From the IMG/VR virus record IMGVR_UViG_3300013767_000039, positions 1 through 46,303 of that record: a stretch of 46,303 nt of DNA, one strand, 5' to 3'. The translations under genes and the position numbers were made by a program. Source of the stretch: a virus. Positions within the stretch are counted from its first letter, which is position 1; the number at the start of each line of letters is the position of its first letter. Below the pieces are notes generated by a model. That model had not been told where the DNA came from and made no database searches. It saw only the letters and a list, made by a program, of their open reading frames with translations. Below, one piece after another: positions 31,748-40,824 of the stretch.

Positions 31748-33543
31748 CAGTGTGTGTCATACCAATTCAGTCCTGTCTTGTACTCAGCATCAATGGGGCA
31801 CTTGAATTCAAAGAACTCCCCTGCCCGCCTGGCGCACTCTGTAACCATCTGTCCAAAGGAATCGGCCAGCTCTTCCCGGACGGCAAACTGAAGCTCATCG
31901 TGGATGTACCCCAGCAATACAAAGTCACCATTCCAGCCATAGCGGTATCCGCGTTGCATCACTTCAATCCAGACCTCTACAAGCCACCGTTTGCTGATGA
32001 GTGCCCCTGCCCCCTGTAGGAGGAAGTTGAGAGCACTGTGGGGGCTTCTGATGTGAACATGCCTGCCGTCAAGGCCGATGAGATAGCCACGTTCTTTGAC
32101 TACCTTTTCAACCTTTTCCTTGAGCTTGTTGAGTGCCGGAAGTCCTGCTAGGAATTTGGCTTTGATCTTCTTTCCAGCAGCACGGCCACCACCAACGATG
32201 TCACCGATAAGCTCATCACCAGCGCCATACAAAAAAGCGTAGATAAATCGCTTCGCGTCATCGCGGGTAGGCAGGCCTGCCGCTAGCTGGTTGGTCGTGT
32301 GTACGTCACCAGTTAGAAGCGTCCTAACATATTCGCCGGCGTCCCAGCGAGCCATGAAAGATGCAAGGCATCGCAGCTCAAGGCCTGACAGATCGCAACC
32401 GACCATGCGGAACCCCTTGCGCACGCCAAAGAGCTGTCTGCACTCTTTGCCCCACAAAGCCCGCACACTTGGCACTTGGGCAATGTTGGGACTGGCATGG
32501 GTGCATCGTCCGGTTGCTGCTCCGTTTGTGTTGACGCTTCCGTGGATGTGTCCAGCACGTTCACTTTTAAGCCACGCCGTATCTCCCTCTGCCAACTGCC
32601 CAATCCGTTTCTCCAGTAAGAAATACTCAGCCAGTACCTTGGCCTCCGGGAAGTCCAGAGACCCAAGCACATCCTCATCAATCTTTGGCCTGCCACCGTC
32701 CGTGAAGAGCTTAGGTTTCCAGCCATACTTAGCTGTGAGGCGCTTCGCTATCTGGTCACGGCTACCGGGGTTGAATTCCTCCACACCGTCCTTGAGCCTC
32801 TTGCCAGTTTTCTCTGACCAACGCTCTGTGACGATGGGTGGGAATATCTCCAGCATGTCCTGCCGGATGGTGTCCCTACGTTGTGCCAGCGTGGCATAGA
32901 GACCAGCCGCGGACCGAACATCAAAGGGCCAGCCAGAGCGTTCCATGCGGGCACAAATCCACGCTACTTCGTGCTCAAGCTGGGTAGCCTTGGGGGAATA
33001 TGTGGAGCTGGTCAGGTGCCTGTAGAAAGCCTCTGAGACCTCCACGTCCTGCACGCAGTAGTCCAGCATGTCCTGGCTGAACTCAAGCCATTCCATACCA
33101 GGCACATAGGCGTCCCCCAAGCGTTCCTTGAATGCAGCGGAGTACTCACCTTTCATCAGGCCAAGGCGATAGCCCCATGCCTCTAGGCTGTGGGAACCAC
33201 TGAGCTTCGGGGGGAGCTTGCCAGCCTCTACGTGTCCACCGTCACGGTCACGCAGGTTGCTGAAGATGAGGCGAGAGAGAACTAAGGTGTCTACTACGTT
33301 GGCCTCAGGAACCTGAAACCACGGGTATATCTTCTGGATTACCGGGAGGTCAAACCTGATGACGTTGTGCCCGACAATGAGACCGTCTTTGGCATTTGCC
33401 ATCAACAGGCGGATACCGAAGTCTAGGGATTCCCCGTGGAACCTGAAGACCGTTGCAGTCTCAGTGTCCTTGAGAACCAGACAGTGGATGGTGGTGACTT
33501 CAAACAGCAGGCCGTTGGTTTCAATGTCGAATACCGTTGCCAT
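31747..33543 (-). CDS. Family A DNA polymerase with 3'-5' exonuclease domain (T7 gp5-like, 598 aa)
   Basis: Exo I FDIETNGL, Exo II HNVIRFDL and Exo III YCVQDVE are present. Pol motif A DLSGLELRCLA, motif B RDDAKRFIYAFLYGAG and motif C YIHDELQF are also present. Confidence 0.95.
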   Translation of the reverse strand: MATVFDIETNGLLFEVTTIHCLVLKDTETATVFRFHGESLDFGIRLLMANAKDGLIVGHNVIRFDLPVIQKIYPWFQVPEANVVDTLVLSRLIFSNLRDRDGGHVEAGKLPPKLSGSHSLEAWGYRLGLMKGEYSAAFKERLGDAYVPGMEWLEFSQDMLDYCVQDVEVSEAFYRHLTSSTYSPKATQLEHEVAWICARMERSGWPFDVRSAAGLYATLAQRRDTIRQDMLEIFPPIVTERWSEKTGKRLKDGVEEFNPGSRDQIAKRLTAKYGWKPKLFTDGGRPKIDEDVLGSLDFPEAKVLAEYFLLEKRIGQLAEGDTAWLKSERAGHIHGSVNTNGAATGRCTHASPNIAQVPSVRALWGKECRQLFGVRKGFRMVGCDLSGLELRCLASFMARWDAGEYVRTLLTGDVHTTNQLAAGLPTRDDAKRFIYAFLYGAGDELIGDIVGGGRAAGKKIKAKFLAGLPALNKLKEKVEKVVKERGYLIGLDGRHVHIRSPHSALNFLLQGAGALISKRWLVEVWIEVMQRGYRYGWNGDFVLLGYIHDELQFAVREELADSFGQMVTECARRAGEFFEFKCPIDAEYKTGLNWYDTH

Positions 33544-33685
33544 TACCGCTTATTGAGCTTCCCCCAAAACGAGAAATCAAGCTGGAAACACAACAGGTCA
33601 ATCTCAAGGACATCCGGGAGCATACCCATGCCCTCATACCAACGGACACCAACCTTGAGGCCTGTGAAGGCGGAGATATTGACGT

Positions 33686-34069
33686 TCACTTCACGAGCAC
33701 CGTGTCCTTGTCAGAGCAGCCAACCAGCTCTTTACGATAGCCACAGTACATAGTCCGCTCAACCAACCGACCACTATTAATGTCCCCCACATAGCCAGTG
33801 CAGGTAACGAGACCATTAGCATTGCTGTCAGTAGGACGGCAAGAAATAAAAGTCCCCGGAACAGTGTTACCCGCATTCGTCGGCCAGCCGTGTTCAAAGT
33901 ATTCCTTAGCATTCGCTTTCGCTAGGTTGCGCTCTTCGTCTACCAGGGCGTGCTGGGAGCTGAGCTGCTGTTGAACTCGCTGCTCTGTGGTCTGTGGTGC
34001 TTTGCTGCAGGCTGCGAGGGTTGCCAGAATGGCGATACAAACGATGGTCTTGAGTTTCATGGTGGTCAA
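33686..34069 (-). CDS. Lipoprotein (127 aa) between the primase-helicase and DNA polymerase genes
   Basis: Signal peptide with lipobox LAA-C (IAILATLAACSK). ATGA coupling to the primase-helicase stop. The mature part has five further Cys residues. Confidence 0.7.
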   Translation of the reverse strand: MTTMKLKTIVCIAILATLAACSKAPQTTEQRVQQQLSSQHALVDEERNLAKANAKEYFEHGWPTNAGNTVPGTFISCRPTDSNANGLVTCTGYVGDINSGRLVERTMYCGYRKELVGCSDKDTVLVK

Positions 34070-35667
34070 AATGCGTAGGCTTCCTCTAGCTCTTCCTCAG
34101 CCGGGAATGCCCCTTTGTCAAACAAACGTCCTGCCTCACGGTCATAGCCAAGGAAAATCAGCTCTCCTGTAGCCTGGCCTGTGTAACGATCCTTGAGGAC
34201 TCTAAAGATGGTGGTGGAGCGTTTCTCAACGTCCTTGTGCTGCTGGTCACGCTCTAGGCCAAACATGAAGTAAGACCAGAACCCGATGGCGCGAGCACCT
34301 TTGAAGTGCCGGATGGCTACCTGACCACCTTCCTCATGGCTCTTTCCCTCAGGAGTGCTCAGGTGTGACACGAAGTGAATGATGATGCGAAGCTCATTGG
34401 CTAGGCCTGCCATTTCCTTCATGATTTGCTCAAGGCTCCCACGTTCATCTGCGGTATCCGCCATGGCTGTGAGGTGGTCCAGATAGAAAATCCGTATGCC
34501 CTCCGCGTGGGCCATGTAGCGAACCTTGGCCTTGACCACATCCCATGCAGTCTCACCAAAGCTGTTGTACAGGGAGACCTTACCGTCCAGCTCTTCTACT
34601 GCTGCTGTACGCTCTTCACGGGTCCAGGACCCATCGGGGATGTGGAAACGCTTGCCCTTCAGCTTCCCTGCAATACGTGCAACAGTCTCGCTGGGGGCCT
34701 GCTCAAGAAAGATGAGGCCAACCTTGAGGCCTAGGGTCTCGATGTCATAGGCAATCTGCTGGGTCAGGAAATCTGTCTTACCAATCCCTGTACCAGCACC
34801 AAAGGCGTACAGCTCACCAAAGCGGCGTCCATAGGTCAGCTCAGTAAGCCTGTCCAAGAACCACGGCAGGCCCTTTTCAATCTCCCGGTCAAGCTCACCC
34901 AACAGGTCAGCAATCCCGACAATCCCATCAGGCCGGTACGCCTTGGCATTCCAAATCGCATTGACAATATCCTGACCCTTACCAGCCACCAGACACTCAT
35001 TGGCGTCCTTCAGTGGTAGTGAGGCAATCTTGGCTTTCCCCGGCCCTAAGACCTCCGCGCATTCCCTTGCAGCTTTGATGCCTGGCTCATCCATGTCAAA
35101 CATGATGACCACCTCATCAAAGCCCTTGAAAAACTCAAGGTTCTGCGCAAAGGACTTGCGGGCACCTTGGGCACCGTTGGGCACACTGACCACCGGCCAC
35201 TTACAGGATTGCACCTGGGCGACTGAGAGAGCATCAATCTCACCCTCAGTGACCACCAGTTTCTTACCAGTGTTCCAGAGGTTCTGTCCAAACAGCGGGG
35301 GGTTCTTTGCGTCGCCAATGAAGTTGAACTGCTTTTCTGCGCCGCGGACCTTGCAGGCGATAACCTGTTGGTCTTTGTAGTAGGGGTAGAAGTGGGCTGT
35401 GTCACCCTTGAACTTCCCTACCCTCACCCCAAAGAATCTGCAGGTTTCCTCTGAGATTTTTCGGGCTGACAGGGGTTTTACTGCTGCACTGCTGTACTCA
35501 TCTAGGTTTGCTGCCACCGTCCTCCTGTTGTTACTGCTTGTCCCATCCCCACGCTCTCGATAGCCACACCCAAAACACCAGCCATGACCATCTGTGTATC
35601 GCGCAAGGTTGTCTTGAGAGCCACACGAAGGGCACGACTCTTTCCCTATGTATGCGTTCTCATCCAT
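34066..35667 (-). CDS. Bifunctional primase-helicase (T7 gp4-like, 533 aa)
   Basis: Zn ribbon CPSCGS...CFGCGY, TOPRIM VVTEGEIDALSV, and a DnaB-type helicase with Walker A GAGTGIGKTDF and Walker B IFYLDHL. Confidence 0.95.
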   Translation of the reverse strand: MDENAYIGKESCPSCGSQDNLARYTDGHGWCFGCGYRERGDGTSSNNRRTVAANLDEYSSAAVKPLSARKISEETCRFFGVRVGKFKGDTAHFYPYYKDQQVIACKVRGAEKQFNFIGDAKNPPLFGQNLWNTGKKLVVTEGEIDALSVAQVQSCKWPVVSVPNGAQGARKSFAQNLEFFKGFDEVVIMFDMDEPGIKAARECAEVLGPGKAKIASLPLKDANECLVAGKGQDIVNAIWNAKAYRPDGIVGIADLLGELDREIEKGLPWFLDRLTELTYGRRFGELYAFGAGTGIGKTDFLTQQIAYDIETLGLKVGLIFLEQAPSETVARIAGKLKGKRFHIPDGSWTREERTAAVEELDGKVSLYNSFGETAWDVVKAKVRYMAHAEGIRIFYLDHLTAMADTADERGSLEQIMKEMAGLANELRIIIHFVSHLSTPEGKSHEEGGQVAIRHFKGARAIGFWSYFMFGLERDQQHKDVEKRSTTIFRVLKDRYTGQATGELIFLGYDREAGRLFDKGAFPAEEELEEAYAF

Positions 35668-36325
35668 TCGTCATCAGGGCTTCCCAGCTCACCGGGAACA
35701 GGTCTGACAGCGTTTGGGCAATACGCTCAGCTACGCCACGGGTTTCCTTTTGGGTGTGGGAATCCAGACGGACCTTGCACATGCGAGCCCATGCGTACAG
35801 GGAGCCTGTCCAGTACCACTCAGTCGTCATCGACTGCGGGAGCACCATACGGGCCTGTTCAGGGCAGACACCTTCCTCAAGAAGCTCCTGGTAGAGCTGT
35901 AGGGCGGTCTCCTGGTTGTGTCGGACGCCCTCTAGCAGGTAATCCCGCATGAAGCCCTCAAAGACAACGTTGGAGCTGCCCTGCTTGACGTTGGGAGCCT
36001 TGAATCTCAGCTCATCCGGAAGGTAGAACTCAGGGGGGCTGTCCACATAGCGGCGGCTGACCTCATTCCATGCGAAGCCAACCGTGTGCTTCTGGAGCTG
36101 GCGTGCTACGAAAATGGGAGCCTTGACGTGGAATTGCGCCTGGCAATGGCTGAAGGGTGACCAGTGGTTGTGCTTGGCTAGGTAACCGATTAGCTTTTGG
36201 TCTGCCTCGTGCAGCGTGCCATCATAAAGGTCCGCATACCCACTCTGCTTGTCGAAAGAGACCCGTGCGGAGTTGACCACTGTGAGGTCATCCCCCATGT
36301 GGTCCATCAAATCTACGTTAATCAT
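35660..36325 (-). CDS. thyX: Flavin-dependent thymidylate synthase ThyX (221 aa)
   Basis: HWSPFSHCQAQFHVKAPIFVARQLQKH and WNEVSRRY correspond to the ThyX signature region (RHR...S-x-R-Y variant). Confidence 0.8.
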   Translation of the reverse strand: MINVDLMDHMGDDLTVVNSARVSFDKQSGYADLYDGTLHEADQKLIGYLAKHNHWSPFSHCQAQFHVKAPIFVARQLQKHTVGFAWNEVSRRYVDSPPEFYLPDELRFKAPNVKQGSSNVVFEGFMRDYLLEGVRHNQETALQLYQELLEEGVCPEQARMVLPQSMTTEWYWTGSLYAWARMCKVRLDSHTQKETRGVAERIAQTLSDLFPVSWEALMTNG

Positions 36326-36588
36326 GCTGCCCTCAGTACATCTTCAATGCGAGCAGCACGAACGCTCATGTAGTCCACGAGACCTTTTTTAACATCGTAG
36401 TCCTCCACGAACACACGTTCCTTGAGGTCATAGCCATAGACAGCGCCAAGGAACTCAAGGAACTCAGCGAGAATCATCATCCAAGAGGCTGCAGGGGTGA
36501 CCACAATGTCCTTGGACAGGGTTGCTGACAGCGGATTGGTGCTGTCCTCTTCGTCAAAATTGTGGGAACGGAAGGAATACGTTTGCAT
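36322..36588 (-). CDS. Hypothetical protein (88 aa)
   Basis: ORF that is ATGA-coupled to thyX. Confidence 0.6.
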   Translation of the reverse strand: MQTYSFRSHNFDEEDSTNPLSATLSKDIVVTPAASWMMILAEFLEFLGAVYGYDLKERVFVEDYDVKKGLVDYMSVRAARIEDVLRAA

Positions 36589-36593
36589 AAGGT

Positions 36594-36791
36594 TTAGTGA
36601 AGGGTGTAACGCATGTACCGGAGGCCTGTTGAAGGGTTGGACTGGAACTCACCATTGATTTCCCAGCCCCTCAGACGCAGCTCATGGATGCGAGCAGCGA
36701 GGCGTGAAACACCGTGGTCCATCAGAGCCTCACGCGGGGAAATACTCCCCACCGTTTTCAGATGGTTCAGAACCACCTCAGTCTGTGTCAT
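36594..36791 (-). CDS. Small winged-helix DNA-binding protein (65 aa)
   Basis: SISPREALMDHGVSRLAARIHELRLRGWEI is the typical pattern of small phage wHTH proteins (gi-rLaaRI-eLr-G-I). Confidence 0.65.
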   Translation of the reverse strand: MTQTEVVLNHLKTVGSISPREALMDHGVSRLAARIHELRLRGWEINGEFQSNPSTGLRYMRYTLH

Positions 36792-36988
36792 TACGAAGCA
36801 ACCACCGGAGGCGGCAAGGTCTCGGACGGCACCAGGCTGTTCAGAAACGCCACAAGGTCAGCGATACCTTGGGTGCTCAGCGGCTGGTTGATGAGGGTCA
36901 GTGTGATGCAGGTAGTGCCATAGGTGGACTCATCAACGTCCGCAATGCCATGGGCGAGACCATCAGTACTTACAAACGAAAATGCCAT
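36791..36988 (-). CDS. Hypothetical protein (65 aa), a short paralog of the N-terminal part of 37003..37308
   Basis: ITLTLINQPLSTQGIADLVAFLNSLVPSE aligns with LNLSITGQSFPVADLAEFSQFLQHVGALLMPAE of the neighbour. TAATG coupling downstream. Confidence 0.55.
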   Translation of the reverse strand: MAFSFVSTDGLAHGIADVDESTYGTTCITLTLINQPLSTQGIADLVAFLNSLVPSETLPPPVVAS

Positions 36989-37002
36989 GTGATTTCTCTT
37001 GT

Positions 37003-37308
37003 TTAGATTTGGGGAGCGTCCAGCGGCGATACAGCAGCCGGGGTCGGGACAGCTTGGGTGGTCTCCGGGACAGCCACAGCAGCCACAGGTGCCACAGCAG
37101 CCACAGGTGCCACAGCAGCCACAGGTGCCACTTCAGCAGGCATCAGCAGTGCGCCAACGTGCTGCAGGAACTGACTGAACTCAGCGAGGTCAGCCACCGG
37201 GAACGATTGGCCTGTGATGCTCAGATTGAGTGCCGGGGCACCATCCACAACGTTGATTTGTGCGGTTACCTTGGCACCCTTGGTGGTGGTTACGAATTCA
37301 ATAGCCAT
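37003..37308 (-). CDS. Hypothetical protein (101 aa) with an (APVAAV)3 repeat
   Basis: The ORF contains three exact 18-bp tandem units encoding VAPVAA repeats and has a Pro/Ala-rich tail. Confidence 0.6.
   Translation of the reverse strand: MAIEFVTTTKGAKVTAQINVVDGAPALNLSITGQSFPVADLAEFSQFLQHVGALLMPAEVAPVAAVAPVAAVAPVAAVAVPETTQAVPTPAAVSPLDAPQI
37075..37128. repeat. Three exact tandem copies of an 18-mer (CACAGCAGCCACAGGTGC on the plus strand)
   Basis: Read directly: 37075-37092, 37093-37110 and 37111-37128. Confidence 0.9.
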
Positions 37309-37745
37309 GATTTTGGAATGTGTTTATCTGCGTAGGGGAAGCCGTACTTGTCGCACCATTGACCATAGGTGGTCTTGCTACCCTTGCGCAGCTTGTTGGA
37401 ACTGTTGGAAAAGATGAAACGGATGTCTAATTCAGGGTGATGGAGCTTTACCGCCAACATTTTCGTTCTGTCAGCACTGGTAAAATAACCCTTACCCTCA
37501 ATGTAAATTCCATTGGGGAGGATAAAGTCAGGGATGTACTTATGCTCAACAATATACGGAAGCCTAACAGCCTCGTATTTAAAAGAAATCCCTGCGTTAT
37601 TCAACTGCGTGGCAATGGACTTTTCTAGTCCGCTTCTAAAAGAATTAGAAGTCAAGGTCGCCAGTGTCTTCCTCAGTGGTCTCAGGAGCAGCCTTAGGCT
37701 TCTCTGCCACGTAGTCACCCTCATCATCGGCGTCAAAGCCCCCAC
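37290..37745 (-). CDS. T7 endonuclease I-like Holliday junction resolvase (start uncertain: ATG 37727/37724 or TTG 37655)
   Basis: FRSGLEKSIATQL, PYIVEHKYIPDFILPNGIYIEGKGYF and HPELDIRFIFS parallel T7 gp3 (FRSGLEDKVSKQL, PDFLLPNGIFVETKG, HPELDIRIVFS). The 5' end of the track ORF overlaps the SSB C-terminus. Confidence 0.85.
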   Translation of the reverse strand: MGALTPMMRVTTWQRSLRLLLRPLRKTLATLTSNSFRSGLEKSIATQLNNAGISFKYEAVRLPYIVEHKYIPDFILPNGIYIEGKGYFTSADRTKMLAVKLHHPELDIRFIFSNSSNKLRKGSKTTYGQWCDKYGFPYADKHIPKSWLLNS

Positions 37746-38172
37746 CGTTGTACTCGGTCAGGTTGATGATTTGGACGGAATTGACGTAGGCAGAGACACC
37801 CAGCGCGCCACCAGCACTGTATGCCTTGGCAGTCCCGCGGACCCGCAGGACGGAGCCACCACCGATGTTCAGGTCTTCAACATCAAGGATGGGTTGGCCC
37901 TTGGAGTCAAAGAACTTCGGTTGATTCTTGGACTTGAAGCCAAGGGTGACCGTGCCGTCTTCCTGTTCTTGATACGGGAAATTGGCCTTGGACATCTTGG
38001 CTTTGCCATGCGCTTCAATAAAGATGTCTTTATACATTTCCAGAAGCTCACCAGCAGCTTCCTTAGACATATTCAGGCCAGTCTTATAGACACCATCGGC
38101 ATTAAATTTGGTGTCCGGGCGAATCAGCTTAGGATAAACAGCCGTGCCCTTTGGGGTAATAAACTTACTCAT
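37645..38172 (-). CDS. T7 gp2.5-like single-stranded DNA-binding protein (175 aa)
   Basis: Real start is MSKFITPKGTAVYPKL at 38172. GGGSVLRVRG resembles GGGSKLKVKY of gp2.5. The acidic C-terminal tail ends in Phe (EEDTGDLDF, versus EDGDF in T7). Confidence 0.85.
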   Translation of the reverse strand: MSKFITPKGTAVYPKLIRPDTKFNADGVYKTGLNMSKEAAGELLEMYKDIFIEAHGKAKMSKANFPYQEQEDGTVTLGFKSKNQPKFFDSKGQPILDVEDLNIGGGSVLRVRGTAKAYSAGGALGVSAYVNSVQIINLTEYNGGGFDADDEGDYVAEKPKAAPETTEEDTGDLDF

Positions 38173-38341
38173 CAGGTGGTTCAGGTTCCTCAAAAATTGA
38201 GATGATGGAATAACCGTCAATGCGGTCAGAGATAGCCTCAATGTCAACACCGTCTGACATCAATGCAACTGCATCGTCAAGGGGGATGCTGAAGCTCCGC
38301 CCAAGACGCTCACGGACGCGCCGCTCAGTTTGGTAGTTCAT
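38165..38341 (-). CDS. Small acidic protein (58 aa; MNYQTERRVRERLGRSFSIPLDDAVALMSDGVDIEAISDRIDGYSIISIFEEPEPPDE), below the track cutoff
   Basis: Hand-translated. The ATG overlaps the RNAP stop (ATGA), and the 3' end overlaps the SSB start by 8 nt. Confidence 0.5.
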   Translation of the reverse strand: MNYQTERRVRERLGRSFSIPLDDAVALMSDGVDIEAISDRIDGYSIISIFEEPEPPDE

Positions 38342-40770
38342 GCGAATGCGTAAAGACTATTCAGGACATCACCAAGGTTCAGAGTGCCCTTGGCAGGGGG
38401 AGGCTTCAGTTTCTTCCGGCCCTTTTCGGAGAGCTGGAGATACGTAGCCTCATACAGAGACATCAGCGGGTCATGGTGCTCATACAGCTCCACAAAGGCC
38501 TCACGGACAATCTCAGAGAACCGTTGCATACGGCTGGGCAGACACCCGAAGCTGTCATGCACCATCAGGAAATCATGGATGCCCTCAGCCTTGGCTTTGA
38601 CCACCACCGACATCAGGTGGGCACTGTCTAAGGCATGGACGAAGTTGGGGCTGATGCTGGACCGTTGCTTGCGCTTCAGCAGCTCATCGGTGGCACCAAG
38701 GTTGACGCGGGGGCGAAAGCGGACAGGCACAGCTAACGTCTTGTCCCACAGGAAAACCTCAACCTGTTGCACGTTGGGCTTGTAGTAGGCATTCAACACC
38801 GGGAGACCCATGGGGGTGGTCCAGACCACAGGGAGACCTTCAGCAGCCAGCAGCGCAGCCACTTTCTGCAGCCAGTCCATCCCCTCCGCAGCGGCCTTTA
38901 CAACCTCCTGCACTGCAGCCCACACCAGCTTGCCCATGTACTGCGCCGCGGACCGCCCATAGTCATCCCCAAAGGGGTGCTGGGCCAGCTTCTTTTCCTG
39001 CACCAGGCGCTTGAAGGGCACCATGAAATCATCGTACAGGTGCTCAGCAAAGCCATACTGCTTGGACCCATAGACGTAAGTCATGACACAGCGTTTCGCT
39101 ACGTTGCGGTTAATCCCGAAGCTGAGCCACTGTCTGGCTTCGTCGCAGTCGTCCTGCTGTGCCTGGCGCAACACAACCTCTGCAACTGCCGCATATACAT
39201 CCTGCGGTTTATCGTTGGGAACCAAGTTGACATGGCTTCCGCCAACGGGGTCTCGGAGCATTGCGCTGAAGTGCTGGAGGCCGGAGCAAGAGCCATCCAC
39301 GGCAACGGGCAGGTGACATACATAACCGATTGGGTCAGCCTGATACTGCGCCCATGCGTGAGCAGCGGCCAAGAAACAAAACGGACTGTCCGCCTCAAGC
39401 CACCAGAGGTCTGAATACGGGTTGGCAACAGTCGAAATAATGCGATGTTCATTGTCCTTAGTCCACTGGTAACGCTGTTCAAACGGGGCCTTGTCGATCT
39501 TGTTGAAGCCACCAGTGGTAGCCAGATGAATTGCCAACCAAACAGCACCCCCAGCGTCCAGCCGCTCACCATTGGCGAACAGGAACAGACCTTTGCAGTA
39601 GTCCTCACGCTGATGATTCAGGTGGGACTTGGCATAGACCCGACCACGCCAGTCAAGCTGTGCAGGCAGGTAGAAGTGCTCATGTCCTGCATACTCTTTG
39701 GCTTCCTCAAGGTCACGCCGGAAGTTCATTCCATAGGCCTTGATTTCAGTGTTGAGCTGCCTGAGCTGCGCCTTGGCACCACTGCTGAGGTCATCGGCAA
39801 TCGTCACCAGGGGCTGCGGGAACTGGTCACACTGGATGCCACGGGCTGCAGCACCCTCAATAACCTCCAAGACCCACGTATTGATGCGCAGGGGGACAGC
39901 TTGAATGGCATTGACAGCCTGCACGAACGGCGCATTGCTCTTCACTGCAGCGTCTACCAGCTTCAGGGCATCCCTGTTGCCAGTCTTGATGAGCGGCACC
40001 GTGGAGGCCAGCTTGGCATCGTGGTAGCAGCCAGTGCGTACAGATTCCCACGGACGCGGGGGTGTCACCATGGCCCTGTACACAGGTTTCATCCAGACCT
40101 CAGCACCCTCAATGCGGTCAAGCTGGGCTGCGGCCTCATCGGTAAAGGCAACCTCCAGCGTCTGACCATCGGTGCCCTCCAGATTCAGGTAGGTGTGGAA
40201 AAGCTCCGTATGGGCCAGCACAAAGTTGAACAGGCCAGAGCCAATCAACTGCCTGTCTGCCTGGTCGAGGGGAGCCCACATGCCCTCACCACAGGCAATC
40301 TCAGTGAACTCTGCAATGCGGGCATTCGGAGACTTCAGGCGCTTCACCCGCTCCACCATGCGCTTGTACAGGCCTTTGTCCTGCGCCTGCACGATACGAC
40401 TCACCAGCTCAATCTCAATCTGCTTCCCGACAGAGACACACATGTCGGTGTAGCTACGGCGCTGGGTGGCTGCATCAAAGGCCAGCCTGAGCACGATCAC
40501 GGCGCACTGCAGGGCACCGATGGCCTCTGCGGGCATGAACCACACCGGCTTACGGCCACGCTTGGCGGCTGACTCCTGCAACGCGAGGCTGATAGCGGCC
40601 TCCACCTTACCCACTGCGGACTTGAACAGGCGGCTTTGGGCGCTGGTCAGCTCTTGGCGCTCCGTGGCCTTGGCCTGTTGCTTCCTGTAACGCTCTGCCC
40701 CCAGCTCAAGCATGGAGGTTTCAAGGGACTGCTGTACTGCGACATCTGGCGCTGCGGCAACTGCGGTCAT
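38338..40770 (-). CDS. T7-like single-subunit DNA-dependent RNA polymerase (810 aa)
   Basis: VAVDGSCSGLQHFSAMLRD (T7: FDGSCSGIQHFSAMLRD), RNVAKRCVMTYVYGSKQYGF (T7: RSVTKRSVMTLAYGSKEFGF), MVHDSFGC, and the C-terminal YAFA (T7: FAFA). Confidence 0.97.
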   Translation of the reverse strand: MTAVAAAPDVAVQQSLETSMLELGAERYRKQQAKATERQELTSAQSRLFKSAVGKVEAAISLALQESAAKRGRKPVWFMPAEAIGALQCAVIVLRLAFDAATQRRSYTDMCVSVGKQIEIELVSRIVQAQDKGLYKRMVERVKRLKSPNARIAEFTEIACGEGMWAPLDQADRQLIGSGLFNFVLAHTELFHTYLNLEGTDGQTLEVAFTDEAAAQLDRIEGAEVWMKPVYRAMVTPPRPWESVRTGCYHDAKLASTVPLIKTGNRDALKLVDAAVKSNAPFVQAVNAIQAVPLRINTWVLEVIEGAAARGIQCDQFPQPLVTIADDLSSGAKAQLRQLNTEIKAYGMNFRRDLEEAKEYAGHEHFYLPAQLDWRGRVYAKSHLNHQREDYCKGLFLFANGERLDAGGAVWLAIHLATTGGFNKIDKAPFEQRYQWTKDNEHRIISTVANPYSDLWWLEADSPFCFLAAAHAWAQYQADPIGYVCHLPVAVDGSCSGLQHFSAMLRDPVGGSHVNLVPNDKPQDVYAAVAEVVLRQAQQDDCDEARQWLSFGINRNVAKRCVMTYVYGSKQYGFAEHLYDDFMVPFKRLVQEKKLAQHPFGDDYGRSAAQYMGKLVWAAVQEVVKAAAEGMDWLQKVAALLAAEGLPVVWTTPMGLPVLNAYYKPNVQQVEVFLWDKTLAVPVRFRPRVNLGATDELLKRKQRSSISPNFVHALDSAHLMSVVVKAKAEGIHDFLMVHDSFGCLPSRMQRFSEIVREAFVELYEHHDPLMSLYEATYLQLSEKGRKKLKPPPAKGTLNLGDVLNSLYAFA

Positions 40771-40807
40771 GTTCTTGTGTTGGAGGGTTGGGGGGCGATG
40801 GTTTATG

Positions 40808-40824
40808 CAATATGAGGGGGTATT
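40808..40824 (-). promoter_or_regulatory. Promoter-like element AATACCCCCTCATATTG facing the RNAP gene (one arm of a 17-bp inverted pair)
   Basis: The minus strand reads cTTGCCAATACCCCCTCATATTGCATAAAC, 37 nt before the RNAP ATG. It is identical over 17 nt to 41081-41097. It resembles T7 TAATAC..CTCA.TAT.G and also fits TTGCCA-16-CATAAA. Confidence 0.35.

Noticed and set aside
31202-31891. 229-aa plus-strand ORF opposite the methyltransferase gene
   Set aside because: It is antisense to two well-supported genes. Unlike the same-strand +1 frame, its translation shows no repeats or recognisable motifs.
33620-33645. ATACCCATGCCCTCATACC, which resembles the AATACCCCCTCATATTG promoter-like 17-mer
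   Set aside because: It has several mismatches plus a 3-nt insertion. It points antisense to all neighbouring genes, so it is probably a chance resemblance.
37513-38205. 230-aa plus-strand ORF
   Set aside because: It is antisense to the endonuclease I and SSB genes.
39445-40572. 375-aa plus-strand ORF
   Set aside because: It is antisense to the RNA polymerase gene, whose frame carries all the T7-type catalytic motifs.
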